DNA from: Zygnema circumcarinatum SAG 698-1b
Lineage: Eukaryota; Plantae; Zygnematophyceae
Length of the DNA: 64,000 bases
Direction: 5' to 3'
NCBI GenBank assembly: GCA_037447605.1
Contig: CM074814.1
Coordinates: forward strand, 124,001 to 188,000
Shown: in pieces, positions 13,460 through 30,320 of the stretch
How positions within the stretch are numbered: position 1 is the stretch's first letter
How the letters are laid out: the number at the start of each line of letters is the position of its first letter
Notes under the pieces: generated by a model
What the model saw: the letters and a program-made list of their open reading frames with translations, nothing else
Database searches by the model: none
Told to the model about the DNA's origin: nothing
Made by a program: the position numbers and the translations under genes

Positions 13460-13884
13460 GAACACTAAGGGCCAACGAGCCGTACGGTACGGCGGCTTGC
13501 TGGTTGACAGTAATCCGTACGGACTCATGCGTTTAACTGCCAGGCATGTGAACTTGGCGCTGTTTCCCAAAAGCCCCAAATTTTCACACATGAGAATGTG
13601 CACGAGTATGCATGCGTTGTGTGGGTGTGGGCACCATACAGAACTTGCAAACAATGAAGAGGGGATCCGGCTATCACAAGCTGTAAACTTGAAGGGTCTA
13701 TGCTGATGTTAAACATGCGCATGAGCATGCATGCATGGCCATGGCAGCCGAAAGACGCATTTGTTTGTGGGGCTTTGGGCTTCCGAATTTAGTACAGTAT
13801 ACTAAAAGTCAAAGTTTAGTGTACGAATTCCGGATCGGGATCCGCGGCTCCGCCGTACACAGCCGTACCGAAATGCGTACTGTA

Positions 13885-14470
13885 CAGTGGGGGGTCCTCG
13901 TATTTACCACCCCAAGGAGTGCGTCCTCAATATTTTCGCCCCGATTTTGCCGAAACCACCTTTTTGTACGGTAACTTGTGTTAGCCGTACTATTCGTACT
14001 GTTCGTACTAGCCGTACTACCCGTACTATATGTACTAGCCGTTACTGGCTTCCGCAAAACTCACCTAATCTCCCCGCTCGTGCCGCCGTAAGAGGCGCTC
14101 GCCCTTCTCCCCTTCTTCCTGGCTTCGATACGATACGACACGGAACGATCGGCACGATACTTTACGATACTAGGCGATACGATACGAAACGCCCCGATAT
14201 GGTATCGTCCGTACGAGCTGTACGAGCTGAGACGAACAACAGAAAGCGGAAAACTACGTCTATGCGTCACGATATGTAACGATACGATACGATGCTAAAT
14301 GATACAGTACGATACGGTACGATATGGTACGGTACGATACGTACGGTCCAACATGAACTCTAACATAGTACCGCCCGTCTATTCGTAACACGAACCTTAT
14401 ATATGCAAATTTAATATTTTCTCCTCATTTTGCCCGGAACCAGGGTGGAAAATATGAGGACCCCCTACTG
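13885..14470. mobile_element. Tc1/mariner(pogo)-like MITE flanked by TA
   Basis: Left end CAGTGGGGGGTCCTCGTATTTACCACCC versus right end (reverse complement) CAGTAGGGGGTCCTCATATTTTCCACCC, 25/28 identical. TA at 13883-13884 and 14471-14472. The interior is made of CGTAC and GATAC short repeats. Confidence 0.75.
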
Positions 14471-14894
14471 TACCTAGACAATGCTTAATTCGCCCGACAG
14501 GCTTACTAAATTGATTTGGCGATGTGTTAAGTCTGAACCCCCTGAGTGTTGGGTAGAAATCGAGGTCTCGTTTATCGACCCACGTGAACAAAACGGGGCT
14601 GACGGGATGCTGCCGCCATAGAATTGAAACGTCCTCAAACTCTAACATGAGAATCCAGCAGTTGTAAACCAAAGGCGTGGCCACGGTTGACAGTTTTCTT
14701 AGCTGTAGTAACTAAAGGCGTTTCTCTTCGGGTGCGAACCTGAGACACTTAGCGCGAACCCGGCTTTCGACATAGGCAGACCCTCCGAAACGACTTTAAA
14801 AAAATAAAAAATGAACAATTAAGTTAAGGGAGTCTTAAGCAGAAAGGAAGCCTAAACCAATGACCTTTCCTTTGCCGCACTCTACAAAATTGGG

Positions 14895-17800
14895 TCATGC
14901 CCTCCTATCGAGTTCTCGAAGGAGGAGCTTGAGAAGGGCGGTGCAGCGCCACGGCTCAGTCATGGGGCTGCACATGAAGTACACCACGTTCCCCAGGGGA
15001 CGCGCATACACTCCCTCAGCACGGAGCCTCCGAACGAGCCCTTGTGCAGCCATAGATGCATACCTGCAGCATGAGTATGGGGTCAGCATTTCCTCCCCGG
15101 CAACTTAGTGAGTTAGAAGCAGCAGCAATAGGGATGCGTTGGCCCAAGCATTCTCTTGCGTTGGAGTATTGTACTCCATGCTTTGGAAATTTCCTCAGAG
15201 CAACACTATTAGCTTAGACGGAGAAGCCGCACCCTGAAGACGAGGCATCTGTCTTCAGCTCTGCTGCGAAAATGGAGCCGAGTGCTATGACTCGCGTGAC
15301 AGCCGGATGAAACGACAAACGCTGCACCAGCGCTGGGTCCCACAGCTGCACGAGAGCAAAAGGGGGGCGATACTCAGCGATAAACAAATAACAGATAACT
15401 CCAACGATACTTGCTCGCAAGCGCCAAAGTGAGACAAAGTGGGAAACCGAGACTCGAGACTGGATCTCATAATTCACAGAGATAGTACTTTCCATGCCCC
15501 TTTATTGTCCCTGTACTCCATGGAAACAACCTCCTCCAATGTTGCGAGTGCCCAAATTGAGTCGGCGGTTTGCACCTCTCTCAGTCGGTTGGTAGAGGGA
15601 ATGAAATTGGCGTTCATGTGCGGGTCCTTGAGCGCTCGGAGCGCTGCGGCTCCGGCCGCGCATCCAAGAGGGTGCGCTGTGTACGAGTGACCGTGCAGCA
15701 GCGCGGCGAGCTGCACAGCATGCGAGTGAGGGGAGAGGGGTGAGGGGTGAGGGGTGAGGGGAGAGGGGTGNNNNNNNNNNGGTGAGGGGTGAGGGGTGAG
15801 GGGTAAGGGGTGAGGGGAGAGGGGTGAGGGGAGAGGGGTAAGGGGGAGGAGGGAAAGTGACAGGAGGACAACGTGCGGTCTGGATATGACTGTTTCAACA
15901 AGAGCTTTTCTCTCCACATGGGTCTAAAGGGAGCAGCACAAACCATGAAGGGGAGTTGCAGTTAGGGAGGTTGGGTGGGAGAGGAGTGAAAAGAAAGAGG
16001 AAAGGGCAGCGGGAAATCAGGGAGGAGTGTGCGGAGGGGGGTGGGGGAGGGAGAGGGAGCGAGTGAGAGAGATCTAGATAGCGAGAGAGTGAGCGAGAGA
16101 GGGAGCTAACCTTATCTTGACTCTTGAAACAATCGAATATTTCTTCCGAGGCCAGTGTGGCAGCCAAGGGCAGCATTCCTCCCGTGAGCAGTTTTGCATA
16201 GCACGCGATGTCCGGTTTGCAGCCAATCAAATCGCTCGCAGACTGTCCCAATGCAAGCACTAGCTCCCACCACTCAGCAAATCTCCCACTCCCTCCCACC
16301 TCCTACATTTCCTCTCTCTCCCATCTCTCACACGTCGTAGCTACCTCAAGGCCAGCATTTGCACACAGGCCCGAGCTCACACCCCCACCGTGCAGATTCG
16401 TTAGGAGTATGAGCACAGCATCATCCTTAAGATAACGAAGAAATCTTTCAAAAAACGAAGGCCTCATGGGATAGGTGGATAGATGATGATGGAGCTCATT
16501 TTACCTCCACTCCAAGCCGCCAACAGCCGGTCAGAACTTCATCGAATATGACGGGCACCCCCCTGCTCTTGCACTCCTCTGCCAGCACGCGCTGAAAGAG
16601 GGGGTCCACCATCTCCATGCCGCCCGCCCCGTGGATTACTGCCCACCTCTTCCCATCATGTGAAATGCGGAATACGGACTAACTCAGGAAACAAGATTAT
16701 TCACTCTTATGGCGAAGAGGAAAGTAGTCGAAAAAGTCAGCGAAGGCTGAAACAGGCATTCGGTGTTGTGAAGTCCAAACATTGGGAAGTTCCATTTTAC
16801 GATCTGGTTCGACTTAAAAGTACATTCTTATACCTACTTGCGAGTAAGTAGAACTTGGGCTTGAAAGGTTTTTCGAAATGAGGATACCATCCAAGTTGTT
16901 CTTTGCATTGCAGTTCGAATATAGCCCAGCAAATGGTTGTGTATGAAACTGCCCCAAGTGGTCCACGTGTCCCCACCTGGTTCGATGATGAGAGCCGCCG
17001 CCCGAGCCCCCGCCGCTTCTAGCCGCGCAGTGACCCATGTCACGTAGACGCGCCGCAGGGGGGACAAATTTCTCTTCAGGTCAAACACGGAGTCTCGGCT
17101 TTCGAAGAGGAGATCCTCTGCAATCACAGCTTAGATAGAGAAAGAGAGAGAGAGGGGGAGGGAGAGAGAGAGGGAGAGGGAGAGAGGAGGGGACATTCGA
17201 AAATGAGAGTGTAATCAGAGGGAATAGCAATGCAGAAAGAAGGAACAGATCCTTTTCAGCAGAGTTATCCAGAAGAGGGGTTGTAAGGAGAGGAGTCATC
17301 GACAATTGTTTTCACAGAATAAGCCCGCCTTGCAGCAAGACTCGTGAGAATGGAAACTGGTTTTCCATTCCAGTTTCCAGAAACATAATAAGCTTCAGTG
17401 TGAGTGATGATTTTGGAATGCACCCTTCTGCAAGTTGTGTTTCTGTGCCTCGTCTTCGTGAGCCAATGGCAGGTTGACCCGCCACTTGCCACAACTTAAG
17501 GCAACGGTTGGGGGGGTTAGGAAAACTCCTCTCCCTTTGTACCTGCAGGGAAGAACAAAGTCATTTTGCTTTGCATAGTCAGTGGTATGGCTAAAAATCA
17601 TGTACATGGAACTTGCCTTTTGAGCACCCTAACATTGCTGCTATGTTGTGCAATACATCCCAAACAAGCCTTCCTCTTTCACTTACTTCCTACGCTGACT
17701 CTCAGGTTTCTCCACCAGCCCTGCTTTCAGCTATAAGCAGCATTTCATTTATCAGGTTGAATGAGGAGAAACAACAACAACAACAACAACAATTACAATG

Positions 17801-20800
17801 AAAACAACACCGACAAAAGCAAACTAAGTAAAAAAATGAAAAAAGTGATTATCTGACCAGGGCTGCTGCAGAAAACTGGTGTATGGAGATGGGGCCTGCG
17901 CCTCCATGGCTCCGAGCGTGTCCCCATGATAGGACCCTGCCAATGCGACGACCTGCCACTCTCCCATTGGCTCAGCGCAAAGCTACGTACAGGCATTTCC
18001 GCTTCAAGATGAGTTCAAGCTCATATTCGCTTCAGTTACTTGGACAGAGAAGGTGCTGCATTTTCTAAACTCCGAGGGTGTACGGACCTGGAGCTCTTCG
18101 ACCGGCTTTTCTGACAGACCTCGGTCGGCGGAAAACTTCCGAAATGCCATTTTGAGCGCAACTTCAATGGCGGTAGAGCCATTGTCGGAGTAGAACACGC
18201 GGCTGGCCCAGCCTGATGGGCTTTCAGAGCCTTTAGTATAACATTTAAAGAACAAATTCAAGCTAGAAACTCCGCATCTTGTGAAGCTAAACGACCCTTT
18301 ATCATGTGCCACAACTGGTCTCGCAAGAAACCAGCAAGCAACATTCGTTGACCAACATCCTTTCAATCCACACAGGACTAGTACTACTTACTCCTCATCT
18401 CAGTATTCCATTATTCATCCTTTATGTGAAAGCTTCCAGACTAGTGGCTGACCATTCCCCACGCCTTCCAGCAGGAGTCTCGCACACTCCATCGCCGGCT
18501 CGTGTGCAGTTTGTGGATACATAACGTGCCCGTACCGACCTGCTGCGTAGCCTATCGTTCGACTCAACTCAACCTGCAGAGAAAACTCGTTTCAGTTCAT
18601 GTTATTCTAGACAGGACCTTTCCCGTATAACCTTTCTATAGAAGCAAGTACTTTCGTTTTGCTCCATACAGTTCCGTACAACCCTCCTGCGCACATATGT
18701 AGGCTTGAGACTTGTGAAGGTAGTACGTACATGGGCATAGTCAGCTCTTCTGCCCCCCTTCTTCTTTTAAATGATATGGATGGGAAATAAAGTACCTGCA
18801 GTGCGGGACTTGGACCTTGGGTCCACCAGCTCGCACATGCATCCATTTGTTGGGCCAATCTTGGCTGCTGCTTCACAGGATCGCCAGCCTACATATATAT
18901 ATTGCCCATATTTCCAGTTTAAGAAACATATGAAACGTTGAGTTAAGGGTCAAATATGCAAGGCCTTCAAATAGATCGATTGTGCTTTCGAACAACTATA
19001 AGGGAAAGGAAGCGCATGAAGTTGCATAGACGACCGGAGCGCATGCATGAACCTTGATCACCAATCAACTAAGCAAGTCAGTTGGATGTTATATTACCAT
19101 CTCTAGAGCAAAAGTTGTGCTGGAAAGCAGTTGGTTGCTGCCATAAGCATCCGTACTCACCTCATATACTGTGAAACAATCTCCTATTCGAGAGTCTATG
19201 ACAGTTACATCCTGCTCCGTCACAGTTCCGTGCTGCGTAAACGGCCACCAGAGATCCGTTTGCGCTCTTCTCGAGGCGGATTGCATTCTTTCCAAGCGCT
19301 TTCCATGGGCTTCTGCTAAAATTTTCCGGAGCTCTGAAAATACAGGGGCTGACTTTGCAAACCACTCATAAAGAGCGCTATCGGCCGGGCCACAGTCAGG
19401 CGAGGGTGGAAGAAGCAATACAGGCACCCTGCAACGTGACAGCTAACGGACATCGACTTAGAATTGGAACCTTCGGAAAAGAAATTAAAAGAAATTCGCC
19501 TGAAATCACTTTTTAATTCAGCAAACACCTCGTCCTCACCTTTTTCCCAATGCCCTTTGAATGGCCTGCTCATTGAGCAGTCCCCCGTCAAGAAGGATAA
19601 CCGCTTCTGTATCATATCCGCGGAGTAAAAGACTTTCATACGCTGCCAAAGTGGCCGATATGCCGCCCAGTCGTCCATCTCCCACGAGGACACCTGGCAG
19701 CCGCAGAGCCCTTCAGACCCATGCCCAGTAATGGGAAGGTTAGCCTGAAACCCTCAAAAAGCACAAGAAGGGCGGTTCATAATACAGTCAAAACACCTTC
19801 AGCAACAACAAGGGGTTCCGAAATTAAATTAAAATAGGAGCTGTGACTTCAAAGGAATGCAGGCACCTGTACAGGTCGCTTTGAAGACTTCCAGATGGTG
19901 CAGGGCTGTGCACACCCCCCGCAGTCTCCAGCAGATTCCAGCATCCATTTCTGCCTCCTGCTTGCTGGCTGCCCCAGAAAAACTGCTGAACAGCTTCTAC
20001 TACGTTACTATCTTCAGCGCCCTGGAGGCCTTCCCTGGCTGCTGTCAAATGAGGTGAAACCGCCTCCTTCCATGCCCATAAATTCGTGCATACCAATGAT
20101 GGTGGCGGTGCAGGTCCGTCCGGGCTGGAAGACGCAACCTCTCCATGAGCAAGCTCTGAAACCAGACGGTTTCGGTGAGCCACTTTGGCACCAGTAGACG
20201 GGCCAGCATGGATAAGTGAGCGCCAGATGTCATTCTTGGCAGGGCCAGTGTATTGGAAGGAGAGGCTGTTAGCGGAGGATTCTTGCTGAACTCTAGCGGC
20301 AAGTACTTGAGTGGCCAGTTGGCAGACAAACCGAGCATCAGAATCTGCGAAGGAGAAACAATTCCCCAAGTTTCAAGCTTTCATCATTTGTCACTCCTGA
20401 CACGTTATGCAAATCCTAGAATCCAAATTCTCTACCTTTAGTTTCGTGAATTCCTTCTCCTTCTCAAGGCCAAAGGTTAATCCAGCGTCTCACCTTACCA
20501 GTTGCAACTCACATTGATTCACATTATCTCTCTCCAAACAAGAAAATTGAAAAAATTACTTGGTACTACCTTCTGGATACCCTGTCTGCACAGGTTTCAA
20601 ATACTGCACACGCCTCCTTATTTCGTGCTTCAAGCCAACGTTATCTCCATAGGATTTTTCTCCAGCATGAGCATTGGAACTATTCGAATCCTCCAAAATA
20701 GAGGTTGCAAGTCCCACCGAAACCAGAGTCTTTCCAACGCCTGTATTGGAGCCCCACAGAATATAGGTGGGAGAAGACAGACTCACGGAACTCAACAATG

Positions 20801-21041
20801 TGCCAAGCTCCTCAGAATTATTCTGCGCCTCCGCCTGTCTTTCCAAATTCCCAATTCCAGGGCTGTCTAAATCTGCTGAAGCGCTCTTAAAATGCCCGCT
20901 GCACAGGCTTCTGCAGCTGCCACTGCCGCCTGGCTGCCGCATTCGAAAAGCAGAAATCTCTGGAAGTAAGGGAGCTGAGCTGCGCAGCGGCAGCCATGGC
21001 TTCGTGCGGCTTAAGAGAGCGAGCAGCGGGGCCATGGCCAT
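14895..21041 (-). CDS. BIO3-BIO1: Bifunctional dethiobiotin synthetase / 7,8-diaminopelargonic acid aminotransferase, mitochondrial (multi-exon)
   Basis: BioD motifs WGSNTGVGKTLVS, YLKPVQTG, LETAGGVHSP, GDGRLGGIS. BioA motifs LWWPFTQH, DACASWWTQG, FYSDNGSTAIEVALKMA, PDIACYAKLLTGG, HGHSYTAHP, YARPLGNVVY. N-terminal Arg/Leu/Ser-rich transit peptide. Confidence 0.95.
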
Positions 21042-22747
21042 GGCTGCCCCGCGCAGGGAGAGGGGAGGGCAGAGGAGGGCGGGCCCTCCCCTTTGAAAGG
21101 ACGGCCGCCAGCCGCTACAAGCCCAGCAGGGGATGGATGAACCTGTGACGTGGCAGCCACCATGGCACAATGCCAACGTGGCTGCCTGCCTACGTGGCGT
21201 GGTAAACAGCGTGGCGCCGTACGACAGAAACGACAACAAACTCGAAGACGTGATCTGGAGAAACGCAGTCTTACATGGAACGGTAGTTAGCGGTGGGATT
21301 CAGCCAATGAGAAGCCGTGCATGCGAGCCATATTTTAAAGATTCATTGTGCCGTGTGACGCAACTGCATTGGTTATCTTTGTGAACTGTAAAATGGGAGG
21401 TACGGTAAACTTGCTAATGAAGACAAGCTGATTCTACCGTATCGACAAAACCGAATCCGCGTGCGCTGTCATTTTGGCGGTATCGATACGACACAACACG
21501 AATACGACAACGTCGCTGTCGTTTTATTGAAACTCAATTTCCTCTTTCCTCCTGCTTTGACAGTACCAATTTCCTCTTTTATGTGATGATGTGCTCATCT
21601 CATGTTGTGTCAAATGGCTCGTAGTGTTGCCTGGGGTTGGGAATTCCAGGGCTTAAGGTTTTGAGTTTTTCAGGGTTTTGTGTGCGAGGTCGAGGTTTAG
21701 TTCAGGGTTCAGGGTTCAATTGTGTGAAGCAAAGGGGCCACAAACTTGCCAGCAGCAGGTTTTGTGATGAGCCAAGCGGCCGTGCGGACTGGCCCAGAGC
21801 AATCTTTACCTCAACTCTCTCAGCAAGCAGATCGTGACAGCATTCAGAAACCCAGATTCCAAATTCAGTAATCTCTCAAAATAGTGAGAGAGCGAGAGAG
21901 AGGCAAGCTTGAATTGCAGCCTACCGATATATGGTACCGTAAGTTACAGCAAAAATGCTTTCACGACTTTCGAGTTGTCCAAGTTGACACAATCAAAGCG
22001 GCGATGCCATCAACCCAGGAGGAGGCAAAGAGCACACCCATCATGGCGACTGCAACAGTAGCTCAAAATCTAGCGAGCAAAAGTCTTTCAGACAAGGACT
22101 CGCCAGGAGAATAAGCTTAAAAGCACAGTGCAGCGGCTCCTTGAACAACCCAATATTCCTTTTTTTTATTGAGGCACGAAGCGCCTCCAACATTGTAAAG
22201 CTTTATTGGGCGACTCCTGGCCGGCTCTCTGCCTCGCAGGTACAAAAGGGTCTCTCTCACAGCCTCGCTCCATGAGACTCATCTCAACTTTCTGGGGTTC
22301 AACTCTAGTGCAGTTTTGAGAGCACTGAAACCAAATGAACAGCATAGATCCCCTCGCCTCAGTTTGCTGGAACTGCAAACTAGGGCTTGCTTAAACCGCA
22401 GAGGCGAGTGCCACTTGCTTGTAACTTTAAACCGCTAGGATGCTCAGCTTCCCCGACCCAAAAAAATAGAAACGAAAAAGCCATCTTATAAGCATAAATG
22501 ATGTGGGGAAGCCTCAGTGAGGGAGGGAAGGAGTGAGAGAGGGAGTGCAGGTGAGAAGCGAGAGGAATAATATGTGCCGGAGCTTTGAGAACTATACAAA
22601 AGCTCACAGTCATCCTCCCTAAATCGTTGTCGTTTTGCCGACTAACCCAAAAGCCTAAACCACTTCAATTGCCACTTTGATTTTTTTTCAAGTCTGTGTC
22701 CTTCAGAACTCCTGCAGCGCTCCCTCCGGGTCCCAATGGTAGTGGTC

Positions 22748-26036
<3,289 letters not shown>

Positions 26037-28867
26037 AGCTTCTGAGCCCTGAACCCCAAATGTAGGGGTTGAACCCTTTAAATGTGGTAAAGGAGAAAGT
26101 CGGGCAGTCTTTTTCTTCTTGTTACTGCCGTCTCTCCCTTTCCTACCTCTCCCTCCCTGAATGGCAGCATCTCTCCTGTTGTCTTTCCTCTCCTTCCCCA
26201 CTACTTTTCACCCCTTTCCTCACTTCTCCGCCCCTTCTTCACCTTCTGTCTCTCATGCGCTTATCCTCCCCTCTCTCTCGATGCTTTTTCTATCATTGCT
26301 CTCATAACTATTGTCGAAATATAGATTTCAAAATTGGAAAAAAGAGGTCCGCTCACATGTGGAGTTAGGAGGAGGCCGGTCGTCTCCATTGCTCACTTCC
26401 CCTCTGCCCTTGCCCTTTGCGTTGACGATGGAAAATAGATATGCTACCTGCGACATATTGAACATACGATAATGAAACTTGACGTAAACGTTATCTCCAT
26501 CAAGGGAACAGTTCGCTCTCCCTCCCCCTCTCCCTCCCTCTCCCTCCCCCCCTCCAGTCAGTGCCATATTCTCTCGTCCTCTCTCTCCCTCCCTCTCCTT
26601 GTCTCCCTGTCAGTGTCACATTTCTCTCTTTCTCTCTGCCTTCACTATTCAACGACTATGATCAGTTTCTCGTCCACTCTTTCATCACTCCGTACTTCTT
26701 CACCTCTCTAGAATTCGCTTCACTCATTTAAAGGACGCCCTTTTGTACACATCAGCTTTGTTTTCTTTGTCACCCATTTCCTCTCCCTCCTTAAGTTTTC
26801 CTCATTTCTTCCCTTCGTATTTCAGGCACTCGCCATTGCTGGTGGCATTACGAAAAATAGGAAGTCATACGACAAAGGACATTAGATCTCCTGCCTTACT
26901 TGAAATGTGAAAAAAATACTACTTGGAAGACGTTATTCCTGAAATGCATGCACCTTACTTGCTTACCAAGCTCTGCATGGAATACCATGAGCATTACTGC
27001 TGAGGGAGCTCTACATGGAACTCCATGTAGTCTTTGAACTTTTTTTTTTAAACTTTTCGCATTCTTAAATCGAAAAAGTTTCGACCTCCAGTGTTCAAAG
27101 TTCAACCCTATTCACTAATAAGATTGAGAATTGAGAAATTAAGTAAACTCGTTTCTCAATTTCTCAACATGTTCGGTTTTACGGTAATGCAAACTGACTG
27201 TTTCCGTATGCACATTCACATGAAGCTGCTGGTTCTTAAAGGTCTGTTGCCACCATGGAACCCACGCACCTCTCTCTGCACCGGTACTCCTCAAGATGGT
27301 TCCGCCTTCGTCTCCTCGTATCCGCCTCCCTGTTTCTCTTTCGAACCCGCCTCTAACTCCCTCTATTCCTCCCCCCTTCCCCCGCTCCTTCCCCCTCCTT
27401 GTCCACCTCTCCCTCCCTCACTCTCCAACCTTTCCGCTTGCTCTCTCCCTCTCCTCTCCCTCTCCCTCCACTGTATCTCCCTCTCCCTCTCCCTCTCCTC
27501 TCCCTCTCCCTCTTCCTCCCCCTCTCCCTCTTCCTCCCCCTCTCCCCCTCCCTCCAGTCCCGCCCAGTCACCTGCCGCCAGCTGGTGGCTCCATCGGCGT
27601 CTGCCGAGTGCCGACTGACGACCTCGTTGGCTCCCTGCCCTAGTCGAGTAGCGCCTCGGGCTGTATTTCGAACCAGTACCTTTTTATTTGATTAACACCT
27701 CATAGTTCACTGAATTACTGTACTAGTTTCGAACTCTACCTTTAGGGAGCTGGTCGAAGACTTCCGCCCCCTGCTAAACGGACCGGCAATTTTTCCGGCC
27801 GGCAGGAAAATGGAACCGAACCGAGAGCTGGCCTTCGATATATGTCCGTATAGTACGGCACCGTGCCAAACCGTCAGACAGGTACATCCTGGCCGTCATT
27901 GTACGGTCCGTACATACCAGCTTGTACTTTTAGGGTTGGCCGTCTGTTGCCGGCTATGATTTCTCGCTCTGTCGGCAAAATCATGTCAAGTTACAGCGGG
28001 AGCGCAGAGGGCTGCATTTCTACGTTCTGCTTTTTGCATTTTAGGGTTTGTGATGTCTCCATTCGGCATGATGCAGTGAACAGCACAAGTCACGAAGCTT
28101 TAATGGCGGAGAGCTCGCCATGGCAGCGGTGGAGGTGCAGCTGCAGCACCACACTTCCTATGCTTCTTGAGACTTCTCTGGATCATAACGTTTCTCGAAG
28201 ACAGCAAAGAATAATCTGGTAATGATGTCTGTGGAAAAAATCGAAGCACAGGAGGGAAGTTTCTTACGCTCTTTAGGATTCTGGGGTCAGCATCTTGATG
28301 GAACAAACCAGCCGCTCGAAGCAACTAGAAGGGAAGTGGAAAGGAAACTAGTAAGGCTGAAATCCAAAAGGTGAGAAACCAAAATCAGACTCAAATTCAA
28401 CAATTTGATCCAATTCAGACACTCGCCCTGGCAGCGTTACATCAACAAATCATTACAAAAACGATCTTTATTTTTCAACACTAGATCAAATATATAGCTT
28501 TACCCTATTGAATGAAGTAATCACTGGCATTGTGCTACTAGCACAGCCTAAATTCGGTCGACAGCATCTCAACCGGTTGACTTTCCAGCAACCAGAATTT
28601 CCAATGAATTTGAAGATCCCTAGTTTCCAGGCTCAAGTTTAAACTTCCAAGCTTTGGAAGCTTCGTCACGGAGAACCGTAACGTTGAAGAATGCCAATAA
28701 CACCCTGAAAGGTCTTTCTGACTGCCTTTCGTTGGTACGTCGCCAAAGGCCCTGTCAATGAGTGGGCTTCCACTTTACATCACTCGTCCAACGCAATCCG
28801 CTCTCTTGCAGAAGCCCACAGAGCTGCATTTGAAGAACTACGTCACGAACTTCACGCAGATATCAAA

Positions 28868-30014
28868 TTACTGGACGTGATCCTCGTATCGTTGTGCCTT
28901 GCTCCCTGACTTGTGCTCATAATACTCCACACCAGCAGACGCAACGAGAGCTGCTAAGGTAAATGCTTGCGCATGGAGTCTGCAGACACAGGAAACCCAC
29001 CTCTCACACTTCCTCAATGACAGGCAAACAAAATAAACAATATTGCACACATGCAGTACACCACTTGCCACCATACAAGAAAATCACCTTCCCTAAGAGA
29101 CGTCTTCAACAGAACTCATGTATCAAGAGAAATGACGTCTTGCAAAATAGCACAGTCTACTCAGAAGTCAATAAAAGGCGTCGCACTTGAGCACGATCGC
29201 TTATTATGCCGAAACAGAATAAGCAAGCCGAGGGCTTGCAATTGATCAATTGAGTAGAATGGCAGCAAGACTGGAGAGTAGAAACACACTCAGCAGGAAT
29301 CAAATATTGACCTTCCGACGAGAACAAAAAGCAAAGTGCACTCTGCGAAGTATTCATTGAACAACAACAGCTGCTGCTCACCGAGCATGGATGATTTTCA
29401 CACTCATTCTCTCTCCTGGCTTTCGGAAGTTATAAGCGATGGAACCGGCAATTCCGGAGGCCCACAACATCCCTGCAAAAAAATAAGAACAATTCAATTA
29501 AGTGCTCAATCCAGAAGTCTGTGCCCAAACATATCAAGTCTTTGCAAGTTTCGAATCGGCTCCTACTGTGCGGCGACCCGAATGCAGTCAATGCATGCAA
29601 CAATTTATTCTTGCACGGCCCTAAATGGCCATAGGTGATCATACGAAACTATCATTATCCTTAAAACGTCCTGCAGGAGATCCCAGTCGTTGCAATGGAA
29701 ATCATGAAAGGATAATAACGCAGCAAAATTCACATTTGGACTCGCGAGAGCGAAATCCTAAGCCTAAAGGTTAAAAGTCGTCCTGATACAAATACACCTT
29801 CAAATTTACAAACTCACAGATGGAACTCAACAATAGCAACCAGCAAATCGAGACTAAACCACCCAAAAAAAAAAAAAAAAAACAGCACGATCAGCAAACA
29901 AGACATGAGCCTACCAACAGATCGCAGCTTGTGTTCCGCAATCCACTGCCGAGCTCCCGCTATCGTTCTATTCACTCCTGTCTGCATAGGAGAAGACTCT
30001 CCTGCTTCTGCCAT
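28868..30014 (-). CDS. HIGD: HIG1 (hypoxia-induced gene) domain protein, mitochondrial inner membrane, 3 exons
   Basis: Exons encode WIAEHKLRSVG / MLWASGIAGSIAYN...SVKIIHAR / LHAQAFTLAALVASAGVEYYEH, the plant HIG_1_N signature. Confidence 0.92.
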
Positions 30015-30260
30015 GGCTTCAAATCCCACCACCAGTAACCTGCTATGAATAACTCTACAAATAATTGTTCAATAACCGTCAAGAGTGGAGTAATCAATAA
30101 ACAACTGATCAATAGTCCCTCACTATTTCTAACTAAAAAATTACTCTGAAGAAATAATATAAATGGTGAAAGCTCCAGATGCTTATCCTTCCTGCCTTCA
30201 AACAAGAAAAGCTCTCAAAATTTGACGAGAGCGAACGCCCTGCTTTAGTGCAACAAGGGC

Positions 30261-30320
30261 GTACGAGCCGTACAATTACCGTACGAAGCAAGTACGAAAA
30301 TTTGTACGAACAAATTGTAC
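30261..30320. promoter_or_regulatory. Cluster of six GTAC cores (SBP/SPL, CuRE-type motif) upstream of the HIG1 gene
   Basis: GTAC at 30261, 30270, 30281, 30292, 30304 and 30317, 250-300 bp upstream of the ATG. Function is inferred. Confidence 0.5.
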
